DNA of 63,395 nucleotides, filler included, from Octopus bimaculoides (taxonomy: Eukaryota): NCBI RefSeq assembly GCF_001194135.2. It is 4 parts of 4 records of this genome, joined end to end, with 100 filler letters (N's around TTAATTAATTAA, not from the genome) between each part and the next. Parts side by side here need not be neighbours in the genome. Positions count along the whole stretch, not along the records: positions 1 to 29,875 come from NC_068993.1; 3 more parts are not named here. One strand, written 5' to 3'. Under the pieces are notes generated by a model. It saw nothing but the letters and a program-made list of their open reading frames with translations, was not told the origin of the DNA and made no database searches. A program made the position numbers and the translations under genes. Numbering within the stretch: the stretch's first letter is position 1; every line of letters starts with the position of its first letter. Shown piece after piece: positions 14,083-28,100 of the stretch.

Positions 14083-15585
14083 TTCACATATGGATGTGAA
14101 TGAGCGTGAGTGGGTGTATTTATATTTAAGTATGTAGGAAGAGATATACGCATGTGATGTATGTGCATGTCTGTGTGTGTGTGTGTGGGGGTGTAATATG
14201 CTTAAGCATGTACATATGGATATATATGAATATATACATATGCATGTGCAAACGTAAACATGTAGCATGTATGAGTCTATATAGATATACAAATGCATGC
14301 TTCTTTATATTTATACACACACTTGCAGATAGTTGTATGTGTGTGCATGCATGTATATNNNNNNNNNNNNNNNNNNNNNNNNNNNNNNNNNNNNNNNNNN
14401 NNNNNNNNNNNNNNNNNNNNNNNNNNNNNNNNNNNNNNNNNNNNNNNNNNNNNNNNNNNNNNNNNNNNNNTATATATATATATATATACATATATATACA
14501 TATATATATTTATACATACTTATATGCATGTGCGTGTGTGTGATTGTGTATGTATGTGTACATGCAATTGTATATGTTTAAAAATATTTAATTTTTTTAT
14601 TGAAAAGAAATAATATTTTGAGTGAGAAATATCAAAAATGCTATAAATATTCTATCTTATATAGGGAAATATAAAAAAAAATAATAAAAAATTAGGATAG
14701 CAAGAATATTTTTTTCTCCAAAAAGTTAAGCTGTTTTGACAGACAAATGCCTTTTACAGTTGATGTATGAGTGAACATTTTCAAAATCTATTGTTTAAAT
14801 ATTTGTGATTTTATATAATTTCACATTTTTCTTTAAAATTTATATTCTTTCCTGCACCATGTATGGAATTCTGTTACTATTTTATATTCCTTTATTTCCA
14901 TTTGAAAAGTAGATTTGTGGTTTGACGACATGATTTTGTTTAATTTAAATGGAAGACGTGAAGCTCCCAAAAGGTTATAAGTAACTAATACATACAGCAA
15001 ACGAGGAGAGAGATTTCGGTTAAGCTTTGTATATCTTCTGAGAGAAGTGTGAATAATCCTGCTTATCAACACAGTTTAGTATCATACCTCTATGATTAAA
15101 TGGTTGAGTTTCATTCTGTATTATAAACATCATATTTTTTTCTCTTTTTAATGCATTGGTATTTTCAGATCAATCAATCAGCGAATATTTGTTCGTCATA
15201 AGCATGTTTAAAAAATTATTGCTTGGATTTTATTTTGTAAGTCTTTTTCAAAATTCAACAAGATTATTAACCCTTCCGATGTCAGTATGTTAAACTCTTT
15301 AAGCTAAATTCACAGCAACATTTTTTTTTTAATATTTGAAATAATGAATCCCTTGTCACAAAGTTTCAGTTCTTTTATAGTTCCTGGTATTAATATGTAT
15401 CATTGAATAATATAATATAATTGATTACTGCAGTTGTAAACTTAAATAGTCAAAGAAAAGTTTGCATAAATACATCAAAAGAAAGTTAGTTACAACAGCA
15501 CAATGGCAATTCCATAGAAGCGTTGCCCTTTGTTAGATCTATTTCCTCTCTTTTCCTTTTTATTATTTACTGTGTCTAAAAAGCA

Positions 15586-15800
15586 GTGAGATGGCAGAAT
15601 TGTTAGCAAGCTGGACGAAATGCTTAGCAGTATTTTGTTCATTGCTATGTTCTGAGTTCAAATTCTGTCGAGGTCAACTTTACCTTTCATTCTTTTGCGG
15701 GTCGATAAATTAAGTACCAGTGAAACACTGGGGTCGATGTAATCGACTAGTCCCATCCCACCAAATTTCAGGCCTTGTGCCTACAGTAGAAAAGATTATT
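15586..15800 (+). mobile_element. SINE family A, full length
   Basis: Colinear with the 3628 copy over about 210 bp. Confidence 0.85.
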
Positions 15801-16967
15801 TAACTGTGTCTGGGATAGACTGAAACAGAGGTGTGTATGTATATATATATATATGTATATATAAAGATATAATATATGTATATAGATAGATAGATAGACA
15901 GATAGACAGACAGATAGACAGACAGGCGGATGGACAGACAAACAGACAGATAAAGATCGATAGACAGATAGACAGACAGACAGACAGATAGATAGACTGA
16001 CAGACAGACAGACAGACAGATAGATAGATAGATAGATAGTGTATGTGTATATATATGTGTGTAAGTATGTATAAACAGAGGTTCTCTTTTTGTTTAAGTG
16101 CATTCCATAATCCTGCTTTGTACTTAATGCATTCATATTGTTACGGTTGTTACTTCAAGAGTTAACAGGTGCTAGCATGATGGTAAATAAATGAGATTTC
16201 ACAGAACATAAAAGTCAAAACTGTAGAAGGACTTTAGAAAATTATGGACAGAAGGCATCAAATGTGTTGTCATCTGAAGCTTACGTCAGATGTTTGAAAG
16301 AAGAGATTATAACTTATGCGTAACATTTAGTATCTCTGCTGCAACTAAACTTTAAATCGAACTGATTTGGGCATGAAAATAAAACAGAGGAGACACAAGA
16401 TTAATCCACATTTCAACATGTATCAGTAAAGAGACCCACATTAACCACAGCTCTGATATGTAAATGGCGTCAAAGATGAACCTATTTTTGCTGGATTAGA
16501 GGCGACATCTTTGTGTGGGCACAGAGTGCTGTCTTTCACTGTAAATGTGCAAACTTTAAACTTTTGACAAACTAACATAAGCTGCAAAGTTATATGTTGA
16601 CAGTAACATGTGATGAACACTGAACAAGGATGTGCCAAACGTTGTTATCCGTTATAGATGATCAAATATTTATTTATAAGATAAATGTTATATTATGTCA
16701 TTATAGAAGTAAGTTCTATATTCTATTCACATATCATAATGTTTTTATGACCATATATCTATATATATATAAATATATAGTCTGCCAAAAAAATGTATAC
16801 ACACTTCAAGAAAGGAAAAATCTGTATGAATATTTTAATTCAGTGTTATTACAATTTGATAAAACATCAAAAAGAAATTTTATATTTATATGAGTACTTA
16901 TACAAGTTTAATATTTACACAGCTTTTTGGCTTTCCTGAAGTAAGCGTACATTTTTTTTCTGGTGGA

Positions 16968-17373
16968 CTCTTTACTTTTGTACTCTTTTACTTGTTTCAG
17001 TCATTTGACTGCGGCCATGCTGGAGCACCGCCTTTTAGTCGAGCAAATCGACCCCTGGACTTATTCTTTGTAAGCCTAGTACTTATTCTATTGGACTCTT
17101 TTGCTGAACCGCTAAGTTACGGTGACATAAACACACGAGCATCAGTTGTCAAGCAATGTTCGGGGGGACAAACACAGACACACAAACACATAGATATATA
17201 TACATATATATGACAGGCTTCTTTCAGTTTCCGTCAACCAAATCCACTCACAAGGCTTTGGTCAGGCCGAGGTTATAGTAGAAGACACTTGCCCAAAGTG
17301 CCACACAGTGGGACTGAACCCAGAACCATGTGGTTGGTAAGCAAGCTACTTACCACACAGCCACTCCTGTGCC
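16968..17373 (-). mobile_element. SINE family B, full length (about 400 bp, internal microsatellite)
   Basis: Both the 5' half and the 3' half ending GACTGAAACAAGTAAAAGAGTA are present in reverse orientation. Confidence 0.9.
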
Positions 17374-17849
17374 TATATATACATGCATCTGCAATTATTG
17401 AGAAAGTAAAGGACCACTTTTTATTTGTTTTGTTTTGTGAAATCTGCTGCAGTTCTGTCCTAAAATATATGTTCTGTCCTTCAATAAGGTTAATTGGGGC
17501 TGATGTATTTTATGGCCTTGAAGAGAAAACGTTTTTGTTATTATTCATAGATTAACAGCCTAAAGATAGAATTTTTTCCATTTCGTTTCACTAAAATAGA
17601 ATCTATGTACCATACTTAGGGTATAAATAATGTTGAGAGGCATAATGCTGCAGATTTTGTCTGAGAGAAAATCTTTCCATAGGCACCCTCTGTTAAAAAA
17701 TACAATATATATCCGATCAACATGAACAATTATGCCAGCCATGATTCACAAGAATGCCAAATGCATGCTGTTTTTTTTTTTTTTTAGTCTTGTTGTGACA
17801 TACCTGGAAGAAATTTCTTGCTTCCAGTGAATCGAAAACATTGAATAAT

Positions 17850-18450
17850 ACATTAACTGATATTGTGTAGAGCTGAATAAAAACTCAACACATACAATCG
17901 AAATAGCTGCAACTTCAGTGAATGCATTATTGACTTCTTTGTATACATCAGGGAGAATCGATTTTGTCTAGGCTTGTAACCAGCAAGTTCACATTATCGA
18001 AAAGGTCTCAAAAGTCTGAAATGAACCTTGTGTTCTCATGCATCTCATTTGGAATAACTTTCCATCTCACTCAATGTTTTGTGCTTTTAAAGAAGAGATT
18101 TCCTCTTGGACGATAATCCTCAGCATCATGACTCTCAAAAATGTACATACATTAAATATGATGCATAGATGACTATTTTAATCTAATACTGTTTCAGTTG
18201 TGTACACTGACAACTTTATTCACTCTTTTGCTCTGCAGAAAAAAGATGCAACCAAAACATTACACATTAACTTTTTCTTTAGGATATCAACCATATTCTA
18301 TTGTCTAAATTATTTGCAGGATATTTGCCAATGCAGAACAGAAAATGTCATGTTAGTCAACATTATATTGTGTTTTTATAATTAGAGAAAACTCACCAAT
18401 CAAGTAATATCAAGAACACCCTTGATTAAGACCAACAAGTGTTAAGATGT
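17850..18450 (-). pseudogene. Possible decayed hAT transposase C-terminal fragment
   Basis: Interrupted minus frames give FSLIIKTQYNVD*HDIF..LANILQ and ILPDVYKEVNNAFTEVAAISIVCVEFLFSS, loosely resembling the hAT dimerisation motif (P..Y....A.T.P.SS...ER.FS). Weak similarity judged from memory. Confidence 0.35.
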
Positions 18451-18855
18451 CAGCGTTATGTCTTTAGAGAAGTACTTGACTCGTTTGATCATTCTTGAAA
18501 CTAATAGCAACAATGGATTCTCAAAATCCTTTTAAGTGTACTATACATATAGCTATATATACACACACACACATATATATACACACACATATATATATAC
18601 ATATACACATATAATATATATATATACACACACACAAATACATATATGCCTATATCATCATCATCGTCATCATCATTTACTGTCCATTGTCCATCCTGGC
18701 ATGGGTTGGACTGGTTGACCAGGGCTATTATTTACTTGTGGGTCAACAAGGCAACCATTGGTTTCATGNNNNNNNNNNTATATATATGTATATATATACA
18801 CACACATACACACACATGATATATATATATACATATATATATATATTATATATAA

Positions 18856-18895
<40 letters not shown>

Positions 18896-18897
<2 letters not shown>

Positions 18898-18992
18898 AGC
18901 CTGGTGTTGCCATCCGGTTTCACCAGTCCTCGGTCAAATTGTCCAACCCATACTAGCATGGAAAGCGGACGTTAAATGATGATGATGATGAT
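18896..18992 (+). mobile_element. Family F 3' end with (GAT)n tail
   Basis: GGAGCCTGGTGTTGCCATCCGG...CCAACCCATACTAGCATGGAAAGCGGACGTTAAATGATGATG. Confidence 0.8.
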
Positions 18993-19744
18993 ATACATAC
19001 ACACACATATATATATACATATACACATATAATATATATATATACACACACACAAATACATATATGCCTATATCATCATCATCGTCATCATCATTTACTG
19101 TCCATTGTCCATCCTGGCATGGGTTGGACTGGTTGACCAGGGCTATTATTTACTTGTGGGTCAACAAGGCAACCATTGGTTTCATGTGGAGTGAATCTCT
19201 TAACAATTAACAAGTCTACCACATGGGAATGTTCATACTCGTCTCCATATGCATGTATGTATGTGTGTGTCTATATATGCGTGTGTGTGTGTACTTAAAT
19301 ATGTGTATATTCATGTAAGTACATGCATACTGCACCATAAAAAAGGATTATTCTTATTCAGCCCACTTCCTATATCTTTCAAATATAGATCCCTTAGTAT
19401 TAGTTTTTAAACAGCTCTTGTACAAGTTGTAGCTATACAAAACATCTGATTCAATAAATATACAAATATTAGTAAATTCGTTAAAAGCTAACATGCAAAA
19501 ACTAAATACAAAAATATGAAGAAAAATACAGGAATAATCAAATGTAAAAAAGATATCGGAAAATTTATGGATTTTCTTTCTATAATCGTTCTATACATAT
19601 GTGTTATTTGATTTTTAATTTTTTGTTTCTTTTATAAGAGGTTGTTTTATTTTAATGGCTAAGGTTGTGTTTTGTTTCTCCAGCTCTTCAGAGTCTTAGT
19701 AAGCAGTGAGTGTATATATGTGTGTGTGTTTGTTTGCATGTGTG

Positions 19745-19783
<39 letters not shown>

Positions 19784-19928
19784 TATATGTGCATGTGTGT
19801 GTGTTTATATATATATATATGAAATTTATATATACATGAATATATGGATTTATCTGTGTACGTGTAGTAAGTATATGTACAATATATATATGTGTGTATA
19901 TGTATATATATACACAGACTTATACATG

Positions 19929-19969
<41 letters not shown>

Positions 19970-20058
19970 ATTTATGTATGTATGCATGTGTGTGTTTGTG
20001 TGCATGTATAATTATATCTGTGGGACTATAAGAGTATCTACCTTAACCCCTAAACCAC

Positions 20059-20102
<44 letters not shown>

Positions 20103-20325
20103 AATAATAATAACAATGACAACAACAATAATAAGAAGAAATATAATAAAAACAACAACAATAATAATAGTAATAATAATGTAGCTAAAAACAAGGTGTA
20201 ATGCAAAAATATAAAATAAGTTTTGAAGACAAGTAACAAGAGGAAAGAAAACTATAAAAAAAATATAAAAAATAAACAAACAAATATATAAAACTGAATC
20301 ATTTATTCATAAATGTATTTACTAC

Positions 20326-20427
20326 CTGTTTCATTTGAATAGATGGTCGCTCTGTTAAATGGAGCATGCACAAAAGCTTGGTATCCCTTGATTGCAAAAA
20401 AACCCGCTGTGTGTATAAGAACAACTG
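20326..20427 (-). CDS. Candidate internal exon (102 nt, phase 1-1)
   Basis: tttttacctctcaatag acceptor and CAG|gtagta donor; open frame VVLIHTAGFFAIKGYQAFVHAPFNRATIYSNET. Protein not recognised. Confidence 0.35.
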
Positions 20428-20484
20428 CTATTGAGAGGTAAAAATGCAAAAAACAAAAACACTAATGAAAATACAGAAAAAAGC

Positions 20485-20536
<52 letters not shown>

Positions 20537-20817
20537 TAATAATAGCAAAATATATGTAGTAAGGATAATACTAGTAATAATAATAGTAATAATGTTGTTC
20601 ATAAATGGATGAATAAAGACAAAATGACAGAAAGCAATCAATATGTAAAAAATAATTAGTAAATAATAAAAAATATATATATATAAATATATATTTGTGG
20701 TGGTTTCTGCAGTGAAATATGTGCAAACATAAAACATACATGTAGCCATATACACACATGTATGCACACATGTACCTCCATATACACACATATATATGCA
20801 TGTGAGTATGTACATAC

Positions 20818-20856
<39 letters not shown>

Positions 20857-20950
20857 GTGTGTGTGTGTGTGTGCGTGTGTGTGTGTGTGTGTGTATGTAT
20901 GTATATATAGGTATATAAACATGCATATATACATAAATATATATATATAC

Positions 20951-21001
<51 letters not shown>

Positions 21002-21985
21002 CATATATATATGTATATATAAGTAGATAAACATGTATATATATACATACACGTATGCATATATACATATGTATGTGTGTGTATGCATGTATGTATAATA
21101 CACTTAACATTCGTATACCTGTATTCATAAGTAAATATTTATCTATAGTGCATGTGTGGCATGTATACGAAATTGTGCGTGTGATGGTATATGCGCTTGT
21201 GCTTGCGTTTGTGTATGTATATGCACATAATAAATGCACTTATATAATAGGATATGCGTACATATAACAATTAAGTGAAACTTAGCAACATGCCTGACAA
21301 AACCAAATACAATAACAACCACAACCACAACCACAATCTCACCGGCACAATGCATCGCACCACTGCAAACAACAATAACTATAGGAATACCAATATGTAA
21401 AGAAAAATCAAACAATATAAACTAGCAATCGTTTATAAAAATATACATATATAAAAATGCAGAGGCATTTTTTTTTTCCAGCAGGTTTTTATTTGGAATT
21501 CATCAATCTGGTTTGTAATATGAAGAAGAGTGAAACTGCATGGTAGACTGGTTTGGGGCTAAATTTCAGCATGCAATCTATAATTATTGATATGTTAATT
21601 TGTACTAAATTGGATAGTCATGTAGTATGGCATTATTGTATAAATGATCACTGATGTTTCATATTTGTAGAGAGATATCATATGCTGAGTAGACAGAGTG
21701 AGATAATATAGACTGGTATTAGTTTGTACTCTATCACCAGTTTTTTGCCCTTGTTGAGATTGCACTAATACGACTTCCCAGTTGAAGTTTGGACTGAGGA
21801 AACAGGATTCCTTCAATTCCAATTGCATTGAGATTTAGATTTAAAACTTCTGTTGAGAAATTCTTCATGAATTCTGTGCCAAAAATTTCTTGTGAGAATT
21901 TCATCATATCGGAGTCTATCTCTCAGATGAGGTTGGTCAGGAAGCAATTTACATTTAATTAAGAATATCATTCCGCATTGATATA

Positions 21986-22140
21986 GGCGCAGGCTTGGCT
22001 GAATGGTGAAGAACCATGTTTCCCAATCCAGTTCAATCCCACTGTGAAGTGCCTTAGGCAAGTGTCTTCTACTACAGTCCTGAAGTACTCAAAACCTTGG
22101 GAGTGGTTTTGGATAGAGTGAAACTGAAAGAAGCCCATCA
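21986..22140 (+). mobile_element. SINE family B, 5' half, diverged
   Basis: GGCGCAGGCTTGGCTGAATGGTGAAGAACC...TGCCTTAGGCAAGTGTCTTCTACTA...GAAACTGAAAGAAGCCC. Confidence 0.75.
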
Positions 22141-22831
22141 TATAAATATGTATATATTAGAACTCAGAACAGAAAGAAAATGAAACAGAGAGACAAACAG
22201 ACAGAATTCCTCATTGCCTGATCAGTAATTTGTTTCATGAACTCAGAAGGATAAAAGATAAAGTTGACTTCAGCAGGATTTGAACTTCTCTGACTGTAAA
22301 GAGCTGAACCAAATAGCATCAGGCAATTTGTCCACTGTTCTAACAAGTCTGCTATTCATCACTTTACTCGATATTGTTATCATATTAATTAATGACTGCA
22401 TACAGCTGTGTGAAATTGTTCATTATGTATGCAAGGTTATAAATGTTTTATCAATATTACTTCCTAGGAGCTACAAGGGTTCCGCTTATAACACTTACAG
22501 AACTCACAATTTCCAATGATCGATCTAATCACTTTGTAGTTTAAAGAAGAGAGTAGTCACAAGGTAGACTGGTTTCCAGCTAAATTTCATTAATCAATCC
22601 ATAATTATTGATATATTAATTAGTACTAAATTGGATAGTCATGTAGTATAAAATCCTTTATAAATGATCGCCGATATTTCAAATCTATAGAAAGAAATCA
22701 AGCCATTACACTTGGCTTAAGACAGAGCACAAGAAGAAGGACAGAACAAGCACTGAGGATGATAGAAACATTTGGCCCAGAGTCACAACATGTAACGCAA
22801 CAAAGCTTTTGCACAAGTTTTGTTTACTTAC

Positions 22832-23001
22832 ATCTGTGAGAGGTTCCGGGTAATTCTGGTATTGCAGTAGTAGGGACTGAAACAACTAAAAGAGCCGCTT
22901 CATCTCCTGGTGAAATGGACTTCTGCATTTGGGGACAAAGAGCAGAAGCACCCTCAGCACATAAGTGTGAGAAAATGTTGAGTAAGACAGTATGGAATAA
23001 T
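22832..23001 (-). CDS. Candidate internal exon (170 nt, phase 2-1), possibly a decayed repeat instead
   Basis: ctcttgctttctag acceptor and AGAT|gtaagt donor; the single open frame is LFHTVLLNIFSHLCAEGASALCPQMQKSISPGDEAALLVVSVPTTAIPELPGTSHR. Confidence 0.3.
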
Positions 23002-23261
23002 CTAGAAAGCAAGAGTTTAAACAATTACTACATCCAGTACTTTGTGGTTGCTCTTATGGGAGTTTAAAGCTGCAAATTGACTTGAAGGGGCAGAATGTCT
23101 CCAGTTTGATCTGATTTCAAATTCAAAACTTCTGGAAAAATTTGGCCATGAGGTCTGTTTCAGGAAAGACTGATAGAACAATTTGCATTTGGTTTTGGAA
23201 TATGGTTCCAACCATCTCAGTAATTCTTTGCTCCATAAATCTTTCATCTGTTATCTTTTGC

Positions 23262-23423
23262 TTGTTTCAGTTACTAAACTGTGGCCATGCTGGAGCATTG
23301 CCTTGAAGGGTTTAGTTCAGTTTTTCTCAAGCCCAAGGCTATAATAGAAAGTACGACGCAGTGGGACTGAACCTGGGACCATGTGATTGGGAAGCAAGCT
23401 TCTTACCACACTGCCACTCCTGC
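23262..23423 (-). mobile_element. SINE family B, internally deleted
   Basis: Head (GGCGCAGGAGTGGCAGTGTGGTAAGAAGCTTGCTTCCC) joined almost directly to the tail (GCTCCAGCATGGCCACAG...CTGAAACAAG). Confidence 0.75.
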
Positions 23424-24217
23424 GCCAATGTAAATTTCATTATATTTTTTTTTGAAAAAAGAAATTACTTTAATTTGAATTTTAATTTCAGAGTCAGAAT
23501 TTTAATTCCAGGACTGTTGATTAGACAAAATGGTTCAGAATAGCAAAAAGGAGGCTGAGAAAAATATCTGATGTGGCGTGTGTTTCAAATCGTGGCACGA
23601 AACTGAGCACAATTGAAACAATGGGGACTGAGATAATAAGAGCTCCAACCTGAATTCATTACAGCATTTAGTCTCTCAACTCTTCATTTGTCATCGTTGT
23701 CGCCATCATCATAATCCTCCTTACCATCATCATCATCATCATCATCATCATTTAACATCCTCTTTCCCAAGCTCGCAAGAGTTAGATGGAATTTATTGAA
23801 GATAATCTCCTACAGCCAGGAACCACCTTTTTGTGGCCAGCCCACAATTCTCAGCAGAAAACTCAAAGCAGTAACAGAAATATACATTTAAGCTCCATTA
23901 AATCAAGAAATAACCTCTATTTCTTATGAATATTCTTGTTTACGCTTGTCAAAATACTCACACAAATACATACGCACATATGTATACACATACATATATA
24001 CATACAAACATACATATATATGCACATAAATACAAACATAATGACATATATGTAGTATGTATGTACATACATATATGTACATAAATATATGTATGTACAT
24101 ATGTATGTACATACATATAAACATACAGAAAGGCAGAGCAAGAAGAGATAGATGGATGAATAGAGAAATAAAAAGTTAGATAAATAGATAGACAGACGGA
24201 CAGACAGACAGATAGAT

Positions 24218-24350
24218 CGTTTATCATCCGCTTTCCATGCTAGCATGGGTTGGACGATTTGACTGAGGACTGGTGAACCAGATGGCTACACCAGGCTCCA
24301 ATCTGATTTGGCAGAGTTTCTACAGCTGGATGTCCTTCCTAACGCCAACA
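24218..24350 (-). mobile_element. Family F 3' fragment
   Basis: Near-identical to 5630-5750. Confidence 0.8.
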
Positions 24351-25244
24351 TGTATGTATATATGTATTATGTATGTATTTATGTATGCATGTATGTATAT
24401 ATATATATATATATTTCTATGTATGTATACACACACACACACACTAATGCACACAAATGCATTGAGTATTATACACATAGTGTTACATACACACATGCAG
24501 ATACAGTGTTACATTGATACACCTACACACACTAAAAGAAATACACTTGTTGCAAAAGCGTGAGACGTATTCAATCACACATACATGCAGCCACATATAC
24601 ACACCCAGATGCAAACACATACACACACATGCACACTGCACACGCATACATGCACACACATGCATGTTGAGATACACCAATGGTGTGAGGAAGAAAGCAA
24701 GGCATTATTATATAAACACACACACACATACACACATAAATATACACTCACACACTCATGCACTTGTTACAATAATGTCAGGCATACACAATCACACGCA
24801 TGCATTCACAAATATTCACACAGATACACACACATACATATATATATGCACACACACTAAGACATATATGCCGAGATAGTCTTGGAGAAAGAGGGCAAGG
24901 TTTTATAGACTACAGCAAAAAACACATGCATAAACACATACATACAAGCAAAAAAGAAAACTGCCGACACCAACAATAGCAAGAACAACAATATAAACTA
25001 ATGAGAGTTATGAATACTAATGCACTCCTGAGTACAATAATCATATGGCATTGTATTAATCTGGCACTGGACATCTTTAATTTAGTTTTGACATCCAATT
25101 TAAATTTTAATCAGATGAAAATTGGCATTGCTATTTTAAAGAAAAAAAAAAATCAAACTGCTCACTCTCGAAAAAAAAAACTACAAAATAAACAAAAAAG
25201 TACAGGTTTCGTATTATTAAAGATGGAATTTTAATAAGAAGAGT

Positions 25245-25266
25245 AATAATAATAATAATAATGATG

Positions 25267-25302
<36 letters not shown>

Positions 25303-25380
25303 GTAATAATAATGATGATGAGGAGGAGGAGGATAATAATAATAATGATAATGATAATAATGATGATGATGATGATGATG

Positions 25381-25459
<79 letters not shown>

Positions 25460-25509
25460 TAATAATAGTAATAATAATAATAATAATGACGACGACGACC
25501 ACGACGATG

Positions 25510-25558
<49 letters not shown>

Positions 25559-25622
25559 TGATAATAATAATGATAATAATAGTAATAATAATGATGATGA
25601 TGATGATGGTGATGACAATAAT
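25245..25622. repeat. Long compound (AAT)n/(GAT)n/(GAG)n microsatellite
   Basis: Direct inspection. Confidence 0.95.
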
Positions 25623-26054
25623 TATAAGGATAATACACAAAAGAATAAATTACAATAGAGAAAAACAAATAAAACAAAAAAAGGAACAAGAAAATTAAAA
25701 ACAAAGGAAATGAGTTCACAAGTTTAAATATTAGGTGTAGAATACATATTAGCATTGTCAAGGGTGTATAATGACAATGATATTAACCCTCTGTGATTGG
25801 TACATGATTATACAGCCTCAAATGTATAGCATCTTCATCACCCTTGTTGTCGTCCTCATCATCGTCATCATCATTATCATCGTCAACAACAGTAGCAGTA
25901 GCATGTCTGTATTTTCATGGTGGCATGGGTTGGAGTGGTCCAACGTCATGCCCAAAATTATGGTAAAAAAAATTGCCCTAGGTGCCACTCAAGGAAATCA
26001 TTCCCAGAACCCCAGAACCTCATATGTACAAAACAAATTTCTATATACATACAT

Positions 26055-26211
26055 GCGGGAGTGGCTGTGTGGTAAGAAGCTTGCATTCCAACCATATGGT
26101 TCTGGGTTCAGTTCCACTGCATGCCACCTCCAGCAAGTGTCTTCTACTCTAGCCTCGGGTTGACCAAAGCCTTGTGAGTGGATTTGGTAGATGGAAACTG
26201 AAAGAAGCCTG

Positions 26212-26215
<4 letters not shown>
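26055..26215 (+). mobile_element. SINE family B, 5' half (runs into microsatellite and gap)
   Basis: Colinear with the 13204 copy. Confidence 0.85.
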
Positions 26216-26247
<32 letters not shown>

Positions 26248-27719
26248 NNNNNNNNNNNNNNNNNNNNNNNNNNNNNNNNNNNNNNNNNNNNNNNNNNNNN
26301 NNNNNNNNNNNNNNNNNNNNNNNNNNNNNNNNNNNNNNNNNNNNNNNNNNNNNNNNNNNNNNNNNNNNNNNNNNNNNNNNNNNNNNNNNNNNNNNNNNNN
26401 NNNNNNNNNNNNNNNNNNNNNNNNNNNNNNNNNNNNNNNNNNNNNNNNNNNNNNNNNNNNNNNNNNNNNNNNNNNNNNNNNNNNNNNNNNNNNNNNNNNN
26501 NNNNNNNNNNNNNNNNNNNNNNNNNNNNNNNNNNNNNNNNNNNNNNNNNNNNNNNNNNNNNNNNNNNNNNNNNNNNNNNNNNNNNNNNNNNNNNNNNNNN
26601 NNNNNNNNNNNNNNNNNNNNNNNNNNNNNNNNNNNNNNNNNNNNNNNNNNNNNNNNNNNNNNNNNNNNNNNNNNNNNNNNNNNNNNNNNNNNNNNNNNNN
26701 NNNNNNNNNNNNNNNNNNNNNNNNNNNNNNNNNNNNNNNNNNNNNNNNNNNNNNNNNNNNNNNNNNNNNNNNNNNNNNNNNNNNNNNNNNNNNNNNNNNN
26801 NNNNNNNNNNNNNNNNNNNNNNNNNNNNNNNNNNNNNNNNNNNNNNNNNNNNNNNNNNNNNNNNNNNNNNNNNNNNNNNNNNNNNNNNNNNNNNNNNNNN
26901 NNNNNNNNNNNNNNNNNNNNNNNNNNNNNNNNNNNNNNNNNNNNNNNNNNNNNNNNNNNNNNNNNNNNNNNNNNNNNNNNNNNNNNNNNNNNNNNNNNNN
27001 NNNNNNNNNNNNNNNNNNNNNNNNNNNNNNNNNNNNNNNNNNNNNNNNNNNNNNNNNNNNNNAACATTAACTTTGAAAATCCCTTTTTTTTAAATTTTTA
27101 TACTTGGATGTTTTTCTTTTCTTGATGACAGACTCTCTCTCCATCTCCCTCTCTCATTTTATATTTATATACACACACATATAAATATACACATAATTAT
27201 TGTACATAGAAGACAACGTTGTACATTTGAATGGCATTGTATGTTTATAAAACTTCATGGAAGATGTGTAGATTCTGAATATATTTCTGTCTCAACACTA
27301 AAGATCTGCACAAGCAAAGCTTAGGCAAATTGTTCTTCAAGTCAAATATTATTGTCAAGTAATTGCTACCTTTAATATCTTCACTTAAATTGATGGCAGA
27401 CATATTGAAAATGTCATGTCTTCATTAAAAATAATGAGACTAATCTTATACAATTGTTGCTGAGGCGACTATTGGTACATTAACTGATACAATTTGATGA
27501 TAAACATCAAGTAAGACGTTGGTCCTTAACCCTTCTATATTTGCAAGTGTTGGATGGTTCTACAGGATCTGCCAAATCAGAAGACTGCATTTGAGGTCCA
27601 GTGTTTGCTTTGGCATGGATTCTACGACTTGATGCCCTTCCTCATCACCAACTGCTCTACAACATATACTGCATACCTTTTCCATAGCATTGGCACTTGT
27701 GAAGCCAGTAAGTAACTCA

Positions 27720-28100
27720 CAACGCCTGATATTTGTTTGCGCGGCATTTCGCTGGATGATGTCAAAGATGTTTGTATGCAGCAGTATCTATTTTGTGATG
27801 TGAAAACAATACCCCAACATAGATCTTTCCTGAGTTTTGAAGAGGCTTAATACTGACATCTCCTACATTACGGAAGTGTTCCATTCTTGAAAATACTTCT
27901 CTAACATAGAGTTCTTTAACAGGAAAACCCTTTTCTCATTCACTTCCGTATTATTTACCGTTTTTCATGGCTTCCATGTTATGCAATATGGAAGTCAATG
28001 GGGTGAGAGTAGAGACTTCATATCAAAGAATTACACATTACAACAATATTCCAATATTCTCAGAAATACAATTGCTTCCATAACAGAACAAAAAAGATGT
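27720..28100 (-). pseudogene. Decayed CR1/L2-type LINE reverse transcriptase C-terminal fragment
   Basis: Minus frame VLSLFKTQERSMLGYCFHITK*ILLHTNIFDIIQRNAAQ resembles the CR1 pattern L.LYK.LVRP.LEYC..VW.P....LE.VQR.A. Confidence 0.45.

Noticed and set aside
17616-17872. Two minus-strand exon candidates (17804-17872 and about 17616-17689) with good splice signals
   Set aside because: Several frames are open, no protein is recognised and the region abuts a probable hAT relic, so they cannot be told from chance sites
18585-19186. Exact about 180 bp direct repeat (ending 18768 and 19186) around a 10-N gap
   Set aside because: 100% identity ending precisely at a minimal gap indicates overlapping contig ends (assembly artefact) rather than a real duplication
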